Assembly (NCBI GenBank): GCA_951406725.2
Contig: OX597824.1
Span: forward strand, 82,522,001-82,586,000
Source of the DNA: Octopus vulgaris
Taxonomy: Eukaryota
Direction of reading: 5' to 3'
DNA length: 64,000 bases
Shown: one piece after another, positions 43,329-60,488 of the stretch
Numbering within the stretch: the stretch's first letter is position 1
Layout of the letters: the number at the start of each line of letters is the position of its first letter
Program-made: the position numbers and the translations under genes
The notes under the pieces: generated by a model
The model's database searches: none
Seen by the model: only the letters and a program-made list of their open reading frames with translations
Told to the model about the DNA's origin: nothing

Positions 43329-43374
43329 AACACAACGTTTCGGTTGATATACCATCCAGCCTTCATCAGGTGTC
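43329..43374 (-). ncRNA. Canonical-core minimal HHR (family of 19454)
   Basis: acac-CTGATGA-A-ggctg...caacc-GAAA-cg-TT-gtgt; one mismatch in stem II. Confidence 0.7.
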
Positions 43375-43456
43375 CTGGAGAAATTTCGAACCTGGGTTCT
43401 CATTCCTAAAGTATTTTTCGATGTTGTTGTTGTTATTATGCGCAGTTTACATCACC

Positions 43457-43742
43457 GTAAACTGCGCATATTTCTTTGGTTGCCTGTGAGGCATTTTTCC
43501 CTTTACAGAAAAAGAAAAAGCATCAGGTACCGAAAATGAACTTTCTTATCTTCAATTTTAAAGGGTTACAGAATTAACACAGGAATGTTGGAACATAAAC
43601 CTTCTTCCACGAAAAGATAGCTTAAACTGTGTTCTAAATGGAGATGTAGTCAAATCCTATTTTATGGACTCAACCATGTTCTAAAATAAGTCGAAAGGTA
43701 AGCTACTATAAATCGGCATGAACTTTCCGGACAACTCAATAT
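43457..43742 (-). mobile_element. Mariner 5' end (TIR plus HTH N-terminus)
   Basis: Homologous to 272-493; encodes LMLFLFCKGKNASQATKEICAVYG. Confidence 0.8.
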
Positions 43743-44099
43743 ATATATACAAATAGTTACTAAACTATTGCATTTTACAGAGAAGGGCACTCCTGATTTA
43801 TTTATTTTCCCGAAAGCAGAACACTATTGCTGAGTCAGAGAGAAAACATTACACCATATTGACGTCAAACATCGTATCAATGATCCTCTATCTAACATTT
43901 CATTCTATTTATTTTTATTTTGTTTTGGATTTTCCCATCATTATTTGCAAACAATCTTTGGCCAACACTGTAAATTCAGCGGTCACAAGAAAAAAAAACT
44001 GTTATGAATTAAATTAGATCCCCACGGCTTTAAACGCACAAAGTGAAACACAAAAGAATACAGACTCGCGCACACATACACACACACATGCTCTCTCTC

Positions 44100-44189
<90 letters not shown>

Positions 44190-45300
44190 CACGCGCTTAT
44201 ATGTGAGTATGTTTGTGTGTGCCTTGTCCATCGTAAACATGCATTTATCTCTTTGAAGCTTGCGCATATGAAATTACACCAGAAATTCGTTCATGTTTAT
44301 CTAGGCCTGGGGCTCACAACAATTTTTTTTCTATGGGCCCTTTTGATTTCTATTCCATTCAAGTGAACCCCCATAGCAATTCGATGTTTAAAAACTTGTT
44401 TTATAGAAACGTCTTTCAAAATCCCTTTTTTTTTTCCTTCACACAATGACTCTTCTATGCTGAAGTATGTTAAACGTTAGAGAAAGAAACCAACATGTTT
44501 CTTGCAATACATACCAATACATACATCTAAATCAAAATTTTTTCAGCGGGGGGGGGGCCTTAAAATACAATTGTAGATCCACAATTTACTATTTTGCTAC
44601 TTGGACTCCCAAGAATCTTATATAGATCCCCAGGGGCCATATGGACCCCGGTTGAGAACTACTGAGGGTACTCATAGAAAATCGTCAGAATGAACCTCAG
44701 CAAGAAGTGAGAATTTTGTTTGTTCCTTCTCGAGCCATGCCTGGCTCATAAGGGCCGGTTTCCCGGTTTCTTGGCGTATAGGTTCCCCACCTGGACGGGA
44801 CGCCGATCCATCGTAGGTGAGTTGCAAGATGCAGGAGGAAAGAGTGAGAGAAAGTTGTGGTGAAAGAATCAGCAGAAGTTTGCCATTACCTTCTGCCGGG
44901 GCGGCGTGGAGCTTAGGTGTTTCGCTCATAAACACACACATCGTCCGGTCTGAGATTCGAACCCGCGATCCCTCGACCCCGAGTCCGATGTTCAAACTAC
45001 TAGGCCACGTGCCGCCACTAAGATGCGTATGAAGGCCGGACCTGCTACAAGTTAAGTCGCTGGCAGGATTCAAGAGTGATTGTTGATCTCAGAACATGTA
45101 ACGCTGGGATATACTCTGTTTAGTCAGCCATAGTCATACACGTTTAACATGTCGAGCGCCATCATAAGTACATATATACATTTATAAAGACAAACTTACA
45201 TACATACGTACGTGTGTGTGTGTGTGTTTGTGGGTGTTTGTGTGCAAATGTACAGGTAGACAGACAGAGAGACACACAAGCAAATAAATAGATAAATAGA

Positions 45301-46543
45301 TAAGTTTCTTTATTGGCCACACAGGGCTGCACACAGATGGGACAAGTTACAAGGTAGAGCTTTTCTTTTGGGGGATGAAGAGAACAAAAAACAAAAGAAA
45401 AAAAGGGGGGTGGCGTAGGTTTTCGATCAAGAGGGATCGTAAAAGGGAAGAAAAGAACAAAAACAAAAAAAATTGAATAAAATAAAAAGAATAAAAAGAA
45501 AAAAAAGAAAAGGAAAAGGAACAAAAGGAAAGAGAAATGAAAAAGAAGAAAAAAGGGGAAAAAAAGGGGAAGAGGAAAAAAAGAACGATCAATAGGGATC
45601 GTGTATCACAGTGTTATGATATATGGTGTAAAGGGGAAAACAAGTAAGGTTTATCCGTGGGAAGAAAAGCCTACGAAAAAGACCACGGTAACCTTGGTCA
45701 ATATTGTTATATGTTACCACATTTGTTTGCAAGTGGGTAACCCTCTGTTTTCAATTTCTGGGTTCATAGGATTATGCTCAAGGTGGCTTCGTCATTCCAG
45801 AGAGGAAAGTGTTTGTCTCCAATCCTTTCAGACGCGTCCACCAGATACATTCTTTCGCCATAGCTACAAGGATGATGAAAATAGCTCTTCCTTCCCGTTT
45901 GAAGGAAGGAGGCGTGACAATATTGACGATAGACTCAGCTGATAAACCGACTCGTCCCACACGTGACAGCAGTTGTTCGACATAAGCCCACAGGTCGGAA
46001 ATTGTTGGACACTGCACGAGTGCGTGCAGAACGGTTTCGTCGCTCTGACCGCATCTCGGGCAGGTCGGCCCCGTGTTTCTCGAGCCGTGTCTGTAGAGCT
46101 TATCCCGAACGGGTAGCGCTTCTCGGTAGCACTGCCAGGCCAGGGATCTCTGGAAGTTGTCCATGGGCCCTGGCCCGAAAGTCGTCCTGAACAGGCGGGT
46201 CAGGTACTCCTCGTCGACGTCCAGGTTCGCCCCGAGCTCGTCGTCGTACCTCCCCTCCACTAATCCCCTATAGAATGCTTTGGTTGTGTTGAAGTCACTC
46301 AAGGTCGACCGGGGACGGCAGAGTTGCTTGAGAGCAACGCGACACTCGCGGTGCCAATCGCCCTTCCTCGGCCTCTTTTTGATCCACGACTGCAGTTCGG
46401 TCATGGAGACGAGCTGCGGGAAAGCGTGCCTCACAAACGGCGACCACACCTGTTCACCGTCGTCTACATAGAGCCAGAGATGTCGCAGTCTCAGCGCGTG
46501 TCTGCGCATCATCAACCACGGCATGCCCAGCCCTCCTTTTAGC
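45301..46543 (-). mobile_element. 5'-truncated Tx1/L1-clade LINE (ORF2 C-terminus plus 3' UTR) in GATA repeats
   Basis: KGGLGMP..., AWQCYREALPVRDKL, zinc knuckle CPRCGQSDETVLHALVQC; T-rich 3' UTR, AATAAA, then TATC-type repeats. Confidence 0.88.
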
Positions 46544-46603
46544 GAGATAGATAGATACATACATACATACATACATACATACATACATACATACATACAT
46601 ACA

Positions 46604-46636
<33 letters not shown>

Positions 46637-46650
46637 GCATACATACAGAC

Positions 46651-46691
<41 letters not shown>

Positions 46692-46757
46692 CATACATAC
46701 ATACATACATACACACATAAATACATACATACATACATACATACATACATACATACA

Positions 46758-46790
<33 letters not shown>

Positions 46791-46823
46791 GCATACATAG
46801 ACATATAGATAGATAGATGGGTG

Positions 46824-46855
<32 letters not shown>

Positions 46856-46880
46856 AGACAGACAGACAGACAAGACAGAC

Positions 46881-46949
<69 letters not shown>

Positions 46950-47425
46950 TAAATACAAACACACACATATATATAGACATACACACACTCACAGACATGC
47001 GTGTAGGAGTGTGGTGGGGTGGGCGCCGGATGCAAACTTAGCGGTTCAGCAAAGACAATAGAATAAGTACTAGTCTTAAAAGATAAGTCATGGGGCCGAT
47101 TTTTTTGCCAACACCCTCCAAGATGATGCTCCGGCATGGCCACAGTTAAATGACTGCAACAAGAAAAAGACTAAAAGATTATATACATATACATACATTG
47201 CGGGCGCCGCCATTATGCGAAGCCCTCAGTTTTATCATTAAAGGTGCAAAACTGAGTGTTAGCAATTGGTTGATAACTGATGAAGAATTACGGACCTTCT
47301 GTGTTTGTCTCCCGTTCGGTTGTACATTCAGTATACGCTTTGTCGTTTGTTTATTTACGATACATTTCTTCATTTATTAAGTAATGAAACGCAATACACC
47401 GAATTTGTATTAACTGCCAAGTGTT

Positions 47426-47456
<31 letters not shown>

Positions 47457-47495
47457 CACACACACACACGCATACACACACATATCTATCTATCT

Positions 47496-47559
<64 letters not shown>

Positions 47560-47705
47560 GAGAAAAACCACAATTATGCAATTCAAACAATGATAGACAT
47601 AAACCAAATCATAAATAAAAAATAAAATATATATTTTTTAAAACATATAACTCGATCACAAAAAGTATAAAAATGAATATTCAATATATAATAAGTAAAA
47701 AATAC

Positions 47706-47803
47706 TACGTACGTTTCATGGCTATAATTAAATTAGAATTACAATAAAATTAGATTTAATCGAAAATCAATTCATTTTAAAATTATAATCACTCTTCAGG
47801 TTA
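47706..47803 (-). ncRNA. HHR-like motif with long stem II
   Basis: CTGAAGA-gtgattataatt...aattatagccat-GAAA-cg-TA; stem I is poor. Confidence 0.5.
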
Positions 47804-48141
47804 ACAATAATAACAATAATAGTTAAATAAATAAGCAAATAGATTTAAACAATGTTTATTAAATTAAATAAATAATAAAATGATTTTTCTTATAGAAGAA
47901 ACTCTATTAACTAAATTTGAAACTTAAAACATTAGGATTAGTTGGCTACTATACATTTATCATGCTAAATATTTAAGGTAAAAAAATAGTGTAAATAGAT
48001 GGAGAAATGTATTTATCTGTGAAGATATGTATTATGTATATAATATATAATATATATAACATATATATTATATATTTTTATTGTGCACTTTGATTTAATA
48101 CTAAATTGAATTTTTCCCTGTAAGTTTGGAGTTATACTCCC

Positions 48142-48247
<106 letters not shown>

Positions 48248-48823
48248 TATATATTATATATATATATATACACCAAGAAACCGGGAAACCGGCCCTAATG
48301 AGCCAGGCGTGGCTCGAGAAGGAACAAACAAAATTCTCACTGATTTTCATTCTGATGCTTTTCTATGAATACCCTCAGTGGTTCTCAGACGGGGTCCATA
48401 TGGCCCCTGAGGATTCATATAAGATTCTTTGGGGTCCACGTAACAAAATACAATGGGTTCCTCCCCCCCGCTGAAAAAGTTTTGATTTAGATGTATGTAT
48501 TGGTATGTATTGCAAGAAACATGTTAGTTTCTTTCTCTAACATTTTACATACTTCAATATAGAAGAGCCATTGTGTGACGAATATAAAAAGGGATTTTTG
48601 AAAGAAGTTTCTATAAAACAAGTGTTTAAACATCGAATTGCTATGGGGTTTCACCTGAATGAAATAGAAATCAAAAGGGCCCATAGAAAAAAATTGTTGT
48701 GAGTTCCCGGCCTAGATAAACATGAGCGATTTCTGGTGCAATTTCTTATGCGCAAGCGTTAAACTAATACACCTGTTTGTTGTCTGTAAGCCTGTGTATC
48801 ATCTCTTGTTTTTCTATAAATTT

Positions 48824-48932
<109 letters not shown>

Positions 48933-49232
48933 GGGACCCCAGCATGGCCGCGGCCTTCAGGCTATAACATTTTTAAGGATTTAAGGATATATGATTCAAG
49001 AGTCATACATACCAATATACATACAAATATTTATACGTTTGTGTTCGTGTGTGTGTGACACACGCACATGACAAACAGACGGACAGGCAGAGATAGAGAG
49101 ACTGACAGACAAACAGGCAGGCAGACAGATAGAGAGGACAACAGCTGATGATTTAAAACTGCTTGATATATCGTAGAGGGGGTAATTATCCTAGGGGGTA
49201 ATTGTCTTGATACGAGATAGATAGATAGATAA

Positions 49233-49304
<72 letters not shown>

Positions 49305-49843
49305 GTGTACATACACGAACGCGTGTCTGTCTCTCCAGTGTCAGTTAGTGTGTGGGAAGAATTTAAACTACTTTCTAAAGCTCTTGAGATTTAATATACT
49401 AATAGGCGAGTGTCCATTTTACAGCCAAGGACACGCCTCAATTTCGAACAAAAAACAATGCTGCAAAAGAGAGAAGAACGCACATCACATTGACGTCAAA
49501 CATCGTATCAATGATCTAATATTTCATCCTATTTATTTCGTTTTATTTCCGTATCTAACATGGAAGAAGTGAAAAGAGCGTTTTATGTGAGTCAAACCTG
49601 CAAAGAGCTGTGAAAGTCGCTGGCAGGCTTCAAGAGTCGTACGTACGTACGTACATACATACATACATACATACATACATACATACATACATACATACAT
49701 GCATGCATACATACATACATACATACATACATACATACATACATACATACATACATGCATGCATGCATGTATGCATACATACGTACATATGTTAGTGTGT
49801 GTTTGTGTGTAAATGTACAGGCAGGAAGACAAAGATATAGAAC

Positions 49844-49995
<152 letters not shown>

Positions 49996-50462
49996 TGTTT
50001 CTTTATTAGCCACACAGGGCTGCACACATACGGGACAGATTACAAAGTAGAGCTTTTCTTTTTGGGGAAGAGAAAAAAAAGGTGAGTTAGGTTTTCTATC
50101 AAAAGGGATCGTAAAAGGGAGGCAAGAGAAAAAAACATCAACAGGGATCATGTATCACAGTGTCATGGTGTACAGTGTAAAGGGGGAAGCAGATAAAGTT
50201 TGTCCGTGGGAAGAAAAGCCCACGGAAAAGACCACGGTAACCTCGGTCAATGATGTTACATGTTACCACATTTGTTTGCAAGTAGGTAACCCTCTGTTTT
50301 AAATTTTCCGGGTTCATAGGATTATGTGCAAGATGGCTTCATCATTCATACGTGCCATCCTTGCTACATTCACCCATCTTTTTTTCAAACATTCGCTAGA
50401 CAAAACTTGCCTCTCTACTCTCACTTTCCTTTTCAAGTGATACTTGAAAAAGTTGATGAGAG

Positions 50463-50463
<1 letters not shown>
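49996..50463 (-). mobile_element. Second Tx1/L1 LINE 3' end flanked by (GATA)n
   Basis: Same 3' UTR as the 45301 copy; encodes [18 protein letters not shown]...RWVNVARM...IIL*. Confidence 0.85.
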
Positions 50464-50512
<49 letters not shown>

Positions 50513-50541
50513 GTAGGTAGGTAGGTAGGTAGGTAGATAGT

Positions 50542-50643
<102 letters not shown>

Positions 50644-52469
50644 TTTATTTACTTATATACACACACTCACATGTATGTATGAGTGGTAGGAGCGCTGATG
50701 AATATAGACAGAAACTGAAAGAAGCCCGCCGTATATATATATTTATATGTTTGTGTGAATGTGCTTGTCCCCCTACCGATGTTGGTGTGTTTAGGCCCCC
50801 TTAAGCTACTAGTTCGGCAAAAGTCTCCGATAGAATAAGTACTAGGCTTTAAAAACAAGTCCTCGGGTCGATATGATCGCAGTCAAATGTTTGAAGCAAG
50901 TAGAAGAATAAAAGAGTGTATATATATATATATATATATAAGAAGTTTGAAAACGCCACTATATAAGATAAATTTTAATTTTCTTTGAGATTTTACATGT
51001 TTCGGTTCTTCTTGAAAAATCGAACCTTATAAAAATATTTTTACACTTAAATATATTGTAAATATTTAACTTTTAAAAATATTTTTATATTTTTAAAAGT
51101 TAAATATTTAAAATATGTATTTCTTTACTACCCACAAGGGGCTAAACACAGAGGGGACAAACAAGGACAGACAAAGGGATTAAGTCGATTACATCGACCC
51201 CAGTGCGTAACTGGTACTTAGTTTATCGACCCCGAAATTCTATACATGTTTCTTATTAGTTTAGTGAGAGATACATATATTGTTATCATTCAGGTTTCAT
51301 AGAGATTTGAAAAAGGAGCCGTTGTAATGCTTGACTAGTAGGGACTTACTTATCGGCCGTTATTGATTAGGAAATGTAGGTGCATATTTCGAAGCAGTTG
51401 ACGAGAATAGGAACTGTCAAATATATAGTGGTTCATACCTATTTTAACTGAGTATATATGTGCAGAAAATAAATAAAATAAATCAAATACAATGAAATAA
51501 ATAATAAATATTTAGGAGTTGCTGTGTGGTAAGTAGCTTGCTTACCAGCCACATGGTTCCGGGTTCAGTCCCACTGCGTGGCATCTTGGGCAAGTGTCTC
51601 CTGCTATTGCCCCGGGCCGACCAATGCCTTGTGAGTGGATTTGGCAGACGGAAACTGAAAGAAGTCTGTCGTATATATGTATATATATATACATAAGTGT
51701 CTGTGTTTGACAACCGATGCTTGTGTGTTTACGTCCCCGTCACTTAGCGGTTTGGCAAAATAGACCGATAGAATTAGTACTGGGCTTACAAAGAATAAGT
51801 CCTGGGGTCGATTTGCTCGACTAAAGGCGGTGCTCCAGCATGGCCGCAGTCAAATCACTGAAACATATAAAAGAGTAAAAGAGATATGAACATATATATA
51901 TGTATATATATATATATATATATGCGCACATAGATGCATGCATATAGATGAATATAACCCATAAATATAAGCACACGCATGCACATATATATAAAAAACA
52001 GGTTTAACAATGCACATATATTAAAAAAATTCTAAGAGTACATGAAAGAACAAAAAGAGAATACTTTGTGTGTGCACCGTATAGAAAAGTTTAGATCGAA
52101 ACATGCATCATATGAGAATAACCAAGTAAAATGAGCGAGACATATAGATAGAAAGATAGTTAGGTAGATAGATTGATAGATAGAAAGAGGGAGAGTGAGG
52201 AGGGGAAGGAGCTACTTCCTTCCCCTCATCTCTCTAGTTATCTATCTATCCCCATTGTCATGGAACCTCACCCAAAAAGACAAAAAAAATGTTCTCCTCT
52301 TCTAAGCAACCCCCGCCCTCCCGCCCCCCAAAAACATGATTTATATAAACGAACAAGCTGTTTGTACATTCACAAAATTCTATTTGACAAGTTCGAGAAA
52401 CGAACGAAAGCGCTATTAATAAATAATAAATAAAAAGATTTTTTCCAAAATTCTGGCGACAATTTTGCT

Positions 52470-52511
<42 letters not shown>

Positions 52512-52801
52512 CAAAGAAATTCCAAACTGTCTGTCTGTTTTTTATGTTTTATTTATATTCTTTATAATATTAATGTAGAATATAGAATATATAGTATAAA
52601 AAGTATATATAGTAAAATGAAATGAAGTATTGATTCTCTCATTGAATAGATGAAATATTGAATATCAAATATTAAGGGTCTAGTATACTTTTTTGCATTA
52701 AAGCAGTCTTCAAGGTCCCAGGTTGTGACAGGAGTGTTTCAACAGAGAGAGAGAGAGAGAGAGAGAGAAATACACATATAAACATTTATATATGTATACA
52801 C

Positions 52802-52833
<32 letters not shown>

Positions 52834-52933
52834 TTGAAGATAGATAGATAGATAGATAAATAGATGTGCATGAACATGCTTGTCTCTCGAGCGTGAGTGT
52901 GTGCGTGTGTGCGAGAGTGTGTGCGTGTGCGTG

Positions 52934-53005
<72 letters not shown>

Positions 53006-53912
53006 TGTGTGTGTGTGTCTGTGTGTCTGTGTGCGCTCGCACCTGCGTGTTTGCGTGTATGAATGTGTGCGGCGCCTCTGGAAACGATTATCGACGTAAT
53101 GGACATACCGGAAAATGTGGAGAGATTAAAGGAAGACCTACAAAAATAACTTTGTACTAAAATTCAATATGCAGAACAATAGAAAGAAAACTTCAGGCGA
53201 TAAACAATAAACCCAATGCCAGACATAATAACCGTCAGAGACTAAATAACGGAGACATGTATCAGGTCTGTCTACACTGAAGACACGCATTCAGCAGAGT
53301 CTGCGTGGTTGTATGGTTAACGCTAACGACTCCGCAATCACGTAGTTCTGAGTTCTAACTCACAACACGGCTTCTGGGTCCGTGTCGTCCTTTACTCTCT
53401 TTTACTTGTTTCAGTCATGTGACTGCGGCCATGCTGGGGCACCGCCTTTAGTCGAGCAAATCGACACCAGGACTTATTCTTTGTAAGTCTAGTAATTCTC
53501 CTATCGGTCTCTCTTTTGCAGAACCGCTAAGTTACGGGGACGTAAACACACCAGCATCGGTTGTCAAACGATGTTGAGCGGGTGGTGTTGGGGACAAACA
53601 CAGACACACAAACATACACGCACACACATACATATATATACATATATACGACGGGCTTCTTTCAGTTTCCGTCTACCAAATCCACTCACTTTGGTCGGCC
53701 CGAGGCTATAGTAGAAGACACTTGCCTAAGGTACCACACAGTGGGACTGAACCCGGAACCATGTGGTTCCTAAGCAAGGTAATTACCACACAGCCACTCC
53801 TGTAATTTTTACACGTCCGCGGTATGTGGTATTAATCAATCAAACTGACCTCAGGCTCAGAGACAGTAGTGGGAACGATTTAATCGAATAGCATCGGAAG
53901 TTTTTGATCTTG

Positions 53913-54197
53913 TGCCTGTACACCTCGACTTACGACCTATGCGATTTACGACCATCCGCAATTACGACCACATAAAATAAGAAAATAAGATAAAACAAAT
54001 AATTGATTTTCGAACGTTGGGCAGCGGCACGCACGGCAACTATGGCAGCATCTGGCAACGCAGACCTGCCACTATCTCTCACTCAGTCGTTTTCAAGCAT
54101 AAAAATAGTGTTGAAAAATATAGATCCGACATACGACCAGATCGACTTACGACCTGTCAGTCGGAACGGAATTCTGTCGTAAGTCGAGGAGAAGGTG
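53913..54197. mobile_element. pogo/Tigger-like MITE
   Basis: Subterminal inverted repeat CCTCGACTTACGAC / GTCGTAAGTCGAGG and internal TACGACC repeats. Confidence 0.65.
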
Positions 54198-54358
54198 TAT
54201 TATAAATAATAGGGCGATCGATCGACGTAATCGTTAAAGCAACGGATGGAATGCTTTCGCGAAATTCTTCCCCTTCTTTGGATAGAGAGAGAGAGAGAAA
54301 GAGACAGACAGAGAGACTGACAGAGACAGAGAGAGACAGAGAGAGACAGAGAGACAGG

Positions 54359-54442
<84 letters not shown>

Positions 54443-54487
54443 CAGATAGACAGACAGACAAAGAGACAGACAGACAGACAGACAGAC

Positions 54488-54567
<80 letters not shown>

Positions 54568-54568
54568 C

Positions 54569-54602
<34 letters not shown>

Positions 54603-55088
54603 TAGACAGACGGACGGACGGACGGACGGATGGACAGACAGACAGACAGATATATACATGCATATCTTTTGTGTATTTTATCTTTTATGTGTTTCATTCA
54701 GTTGTCTGCGGCCATGCAGGGGCACCGCCTTGAAGAATTTTTAGTTGAGTGAATTGACACGAGTACTTAATTTTTTAAGCCTGGTGCTTATTCTATCGGT
54801 TTCTTTTGCTGAACCGCTAAGTTACGGGGACGTAAACACACTAACACCGGTTATCAAGCGGTGATGGTAGGGGGACAAATACAGAAAGACACACACACAC
54901 ACATAGATATACGTATTTATATATCCGACGGGCTTCTTTCAGTTTCCGCATTCCGAATCCCCTCACAAGGCTTTGGTCGGCCCGAGGCTATAGTAGAAGA
55001 CACTTAACCCAAGGTGTCACACAGTAGGACTGAGCCTGGAATCTGGTGGTTGGGCGGTAAGCTTTTTACCACACAGCCACGCCCGCTC

Positions 55089-55159
<71 letters not shown>

Positions 55160-55875
55160 AATATATATATATACGAGCATTTGACGTTGTTTCTTAGGAT
55201 TATTTGCAAGGAAAATTACGTGGAAATAGGTATCAGTTATTACTAGTTCTCTTTCAATGAGCTGCAGGGCACCCAGGGAGCAAAGAGAGACAACATACGC
55301 TGATACTAAAGCAATTTCAGCGACCAGCTACATAAGCTCAAATTTAGGCTGTTGCCACGGAACACCTCGTTGCTATTGACCGTTGATTGACCCGATCTTC
55401 TCGTCCTGCGAGTTAGGCAATAATTACCTTCCATAACTCGCTCGATCGGTGGTGCAGCTGGTTTGGTTTAGTCGCCGAAGACCCAACCAGTCAGAGCTTG
55501 TACTGGTTTACGTAATTATACGCTGTCGATCTCTAGTCTCAATACTTTTTATTAGGACGGTACATACTGAAAATATATTCTTTTTAATGTTAGCATGCGT
55601 CAGTAATATAATTTACGCGTTTTAAACTGTAACCTTTTCAGTTAAATAATCATTTAATATATTGTTGAACAATTCACTAGAAGCGTGCGAATCGAATTAA
55701 CTATAGCCGCTGGATGTATTCGCGAGATATGAGCTATTTTATAACCTCGCACAATAAAATGATTATATTAGTCGTTAGATCTCACGGTGTCTATTGCTTT
55801 CTTTGTCTATTGCTTTCCTTGTTTATTGTCTTCGGTGTTTTTTTCTTTAATTCGAGTAGAATGCTACTATCTCAT

Positions 55876-56257
55876 TGTGGAGACGCAATGGCCCAGTGGT
55901 TAGGGCAGCGGATTCGCGGTCATAGGATCGCGGTTTCGATTCCCAGACCGGGCGTTGTGAGTGTTTATTGAGCGAAAACACCTAAAAAGGCTCCACGATG
56001 GCTCCGGCAGGGGATGGTGGTGATCCCTGCTGTACTCTTTCACCACAACTTTCTCTTACTTCCTGTTTCTGTTGTACCTGTATTTCAAGGGGCCGGCCTT
56101 GTCACTCTCTGTGTCACGCTGAATATCCCCGAGAACTACGTTAAGGGTGCAGGTGTCTGTGGAGTGCTCAGCCACTTACACGTTAATTTCACGAGCAGGC
56201 TGTTCCGTTGGTCGGATCAACCGGAACCCTCATCGTCGTAACCGACGGAGGGCTTCC
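55876..56257 (+). mobile_element. SINE family B1, full length
   Basis: Collinear with 31020-31404. Confidence 0.85.
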
Positions 56258-56443
56258 ATCCCCCACTATCTCAGTTTCTACAATGATCTTCAGATTGATT
56301 TTCTCACATATTGAACTAAAAACTGTTATTTTCCCATACTGTTCCGACCACGATGCTCTCAAAGCAATCAGTACACATAACGACAGCAAATAGTTATATT
56401 ATACAATATGTGTGTGTTTGTGTGTCTGTGTCTGTGTAATATT

Positions 56444-56482
<39 letters not shown>

Positions 56483-56691
56483 ATATACCCACGTACCCAC
56501 ACGTAGGTTTGTGTGTGTGTATATATCTATATCTATCTATCTATATGCATGCATGCATGCATGCATGCATGCATGCATGCATGCATACATACATACATAC
56601 ATACATACATACATACATACATACATACATACATACATACATACATACATACATACATACATACATACATACATACATACATACATACATA

Positions 56692-56842
56692 CATGGTGTT
56701 CAAAACGTCGCTCTGCGGTATTTAATTACAAAATAAATATTTGTAAGATGGTATAAGACTACAAAATAATATATTAGACTTTACACATGTTTTGAAATAC
56801 GCAAGGACGTATTCACTGCGGAGAGACATTTTGAACACCTTG
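56692..56842. mobile_element. Tc1/mariner-type MITE
   Basis: TIRs CATGGTGTTCAAAACGTCGCTCTGCGGT / ACTGCGGAGAGACATTTTGAACACCTTG; TA on both flanks. Confidence 0.7.
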
Positions 56843-57030
56843 TATATATATATATATATATATAACAAATGACCAGCTATGAAATTCCCCTCCGGGGTAC
56901 AAGTCTGGGCGGGAAGTCGCCTCACCGTCGAACGCATTACCTAGGGTTATTTCGCTCTTCACTTCACCTGTTATTGTTTTTATTTTCATGCGCTTTCTCT
57001 TAAATCTTTCGCCACACATCCTGTGACCTC

Positions 57031-58735
<1,705 letters not shown>

Positions 58736-58739
58736 ATAA

Positions 58740-58802
<63 letters not shown>

Positions 58803-58810
58803 AATACGTA

Positions 58811-58841
<31 letters not shown>

Positions 58842-58914
58842 CCTTATATACTTATATGCATATAGTCATTTATATAAATTATATATATGTGTGTGTGTGT
58901 ATGTGTGTATATAT

Positions 58915-58959
<45 letters not shown>

Positions 58960-58972
58960 TATATATGTATGC

Positions 58973-59017
<45 letters not shown>

Positions 59018-59343
59018 TACACATGTGCGTGTGTATATTCCTTCGTCTGTACGTTTATATGTCAATCTGTCTACCTTCAAGATATCACTGATCTTAATAT
59101 GCAGAGTAGACGACGCGGCTTTTTTTTTTTGAAGTCTACTTAGAACCAGACAGAGCTGTTAGACAATTATTTAATGAATCGCATAGATTTCCACTCTCTT
59201 CACCTGTGTCAACGTTTATTAGAGCCATGACGTCATAGTTCTTTGAAACGAACATTGCTATTACCTTGAAAACAAAATAATACCAGAAACAATTATTATT
59301 ATTATCATTATTATTATTATTATTATTATCATCATTATTACTA

Positions 59344-59419
<76 letters not shown>

Positions 59420-59501
59420 CATTATTATTATTATTATGATTATTATTACTATTATTATTATCATCATAATCATCATCATCATCATCATCATTATTATTAT
59501 T

Positions 59502-59544
<43 letters not shown>

Positions 59545-59555
59545 CCATCATCATC

Positions 59556-59591
<36 letters not shown>

Positions 59592-59676
59592 CATTATTAT
59601 TATCATTATTATTATCATTATTATTATTATTATTATTATCATCATCATCATCATCATAATCATCATCATCATCAAT

Positions 59677-59711
<35 letters not shown>

Positions 59712-60400
59712 ATTATTATTATCATTATTATCATTATTATCATTATTATTATCATTATTATTATCATTATTATTATCATTATTATTATCATTATTATTAT
59801 TATTATTATCATCATCATCATCATCATCATCATCATAATCATCATCATCATCAACATCATCATCATCATCATCATCATCATCATTATTATTATTATCATT
59901 ATTATTATTATTATATTTGCTGTTTCTGATGCTGTTGTTGTTATCGTTGCTTTTTGTTGAGCGGCTGTACAGTTTTACCATTTCTGTTCTGTTGCTAAGC
60001 GGATTCTTGCTTTCGTCCAGTAGCACCTGCGTGAGGATTTTATGTACAAGAAATTTTAATATGAAATATGTGTTTATGCGTGTATAAATTCGCGTGTATA
60101 AATATGCGAGTATGTGTGTGTACGCTTGTGTGTGAGCGTGTGGGAATGTGTGTGTCCACGCGGCTGTTGTATGTGAATATCGATCAATCTCTCTTTCGCT
60201 CTCGCTCTTTCACACACACTCTCTCTCTCTTACACACACGCACAGTATATATAATAATATATGTATAAATCTACACAGACACATACTCACATAGACACAC
60301 ACACAAATAAGTCCTACGGGTTACCTGTTGGAAGATTGGAAGAAACATAAAAGATTAGGTTACTTACAAATAACTCAAAGATTGCTTCGTATTGTATGTG

Positions 60401-60488
<88 letters not shown>

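Noticed and set aside
46544-46998. N-terminal part of the 406-aa ORF
   Set aside because: Translation of (TATC)n/(TATG)n; only the part from KGGLG onward is LINE ORF2.
53270-53306. CTGAAGA plus hairpin as a complete HHR (also the partial motif near 18700)
   Set aside because: Half of the catalytic core is missing, so these are relics at best and were not counted.
55876-55950. tRNA-like heads of SINEs as tRNA genes
   Set aside because: No complete paired cloverleaf; they continue into repeated SINE bodies.
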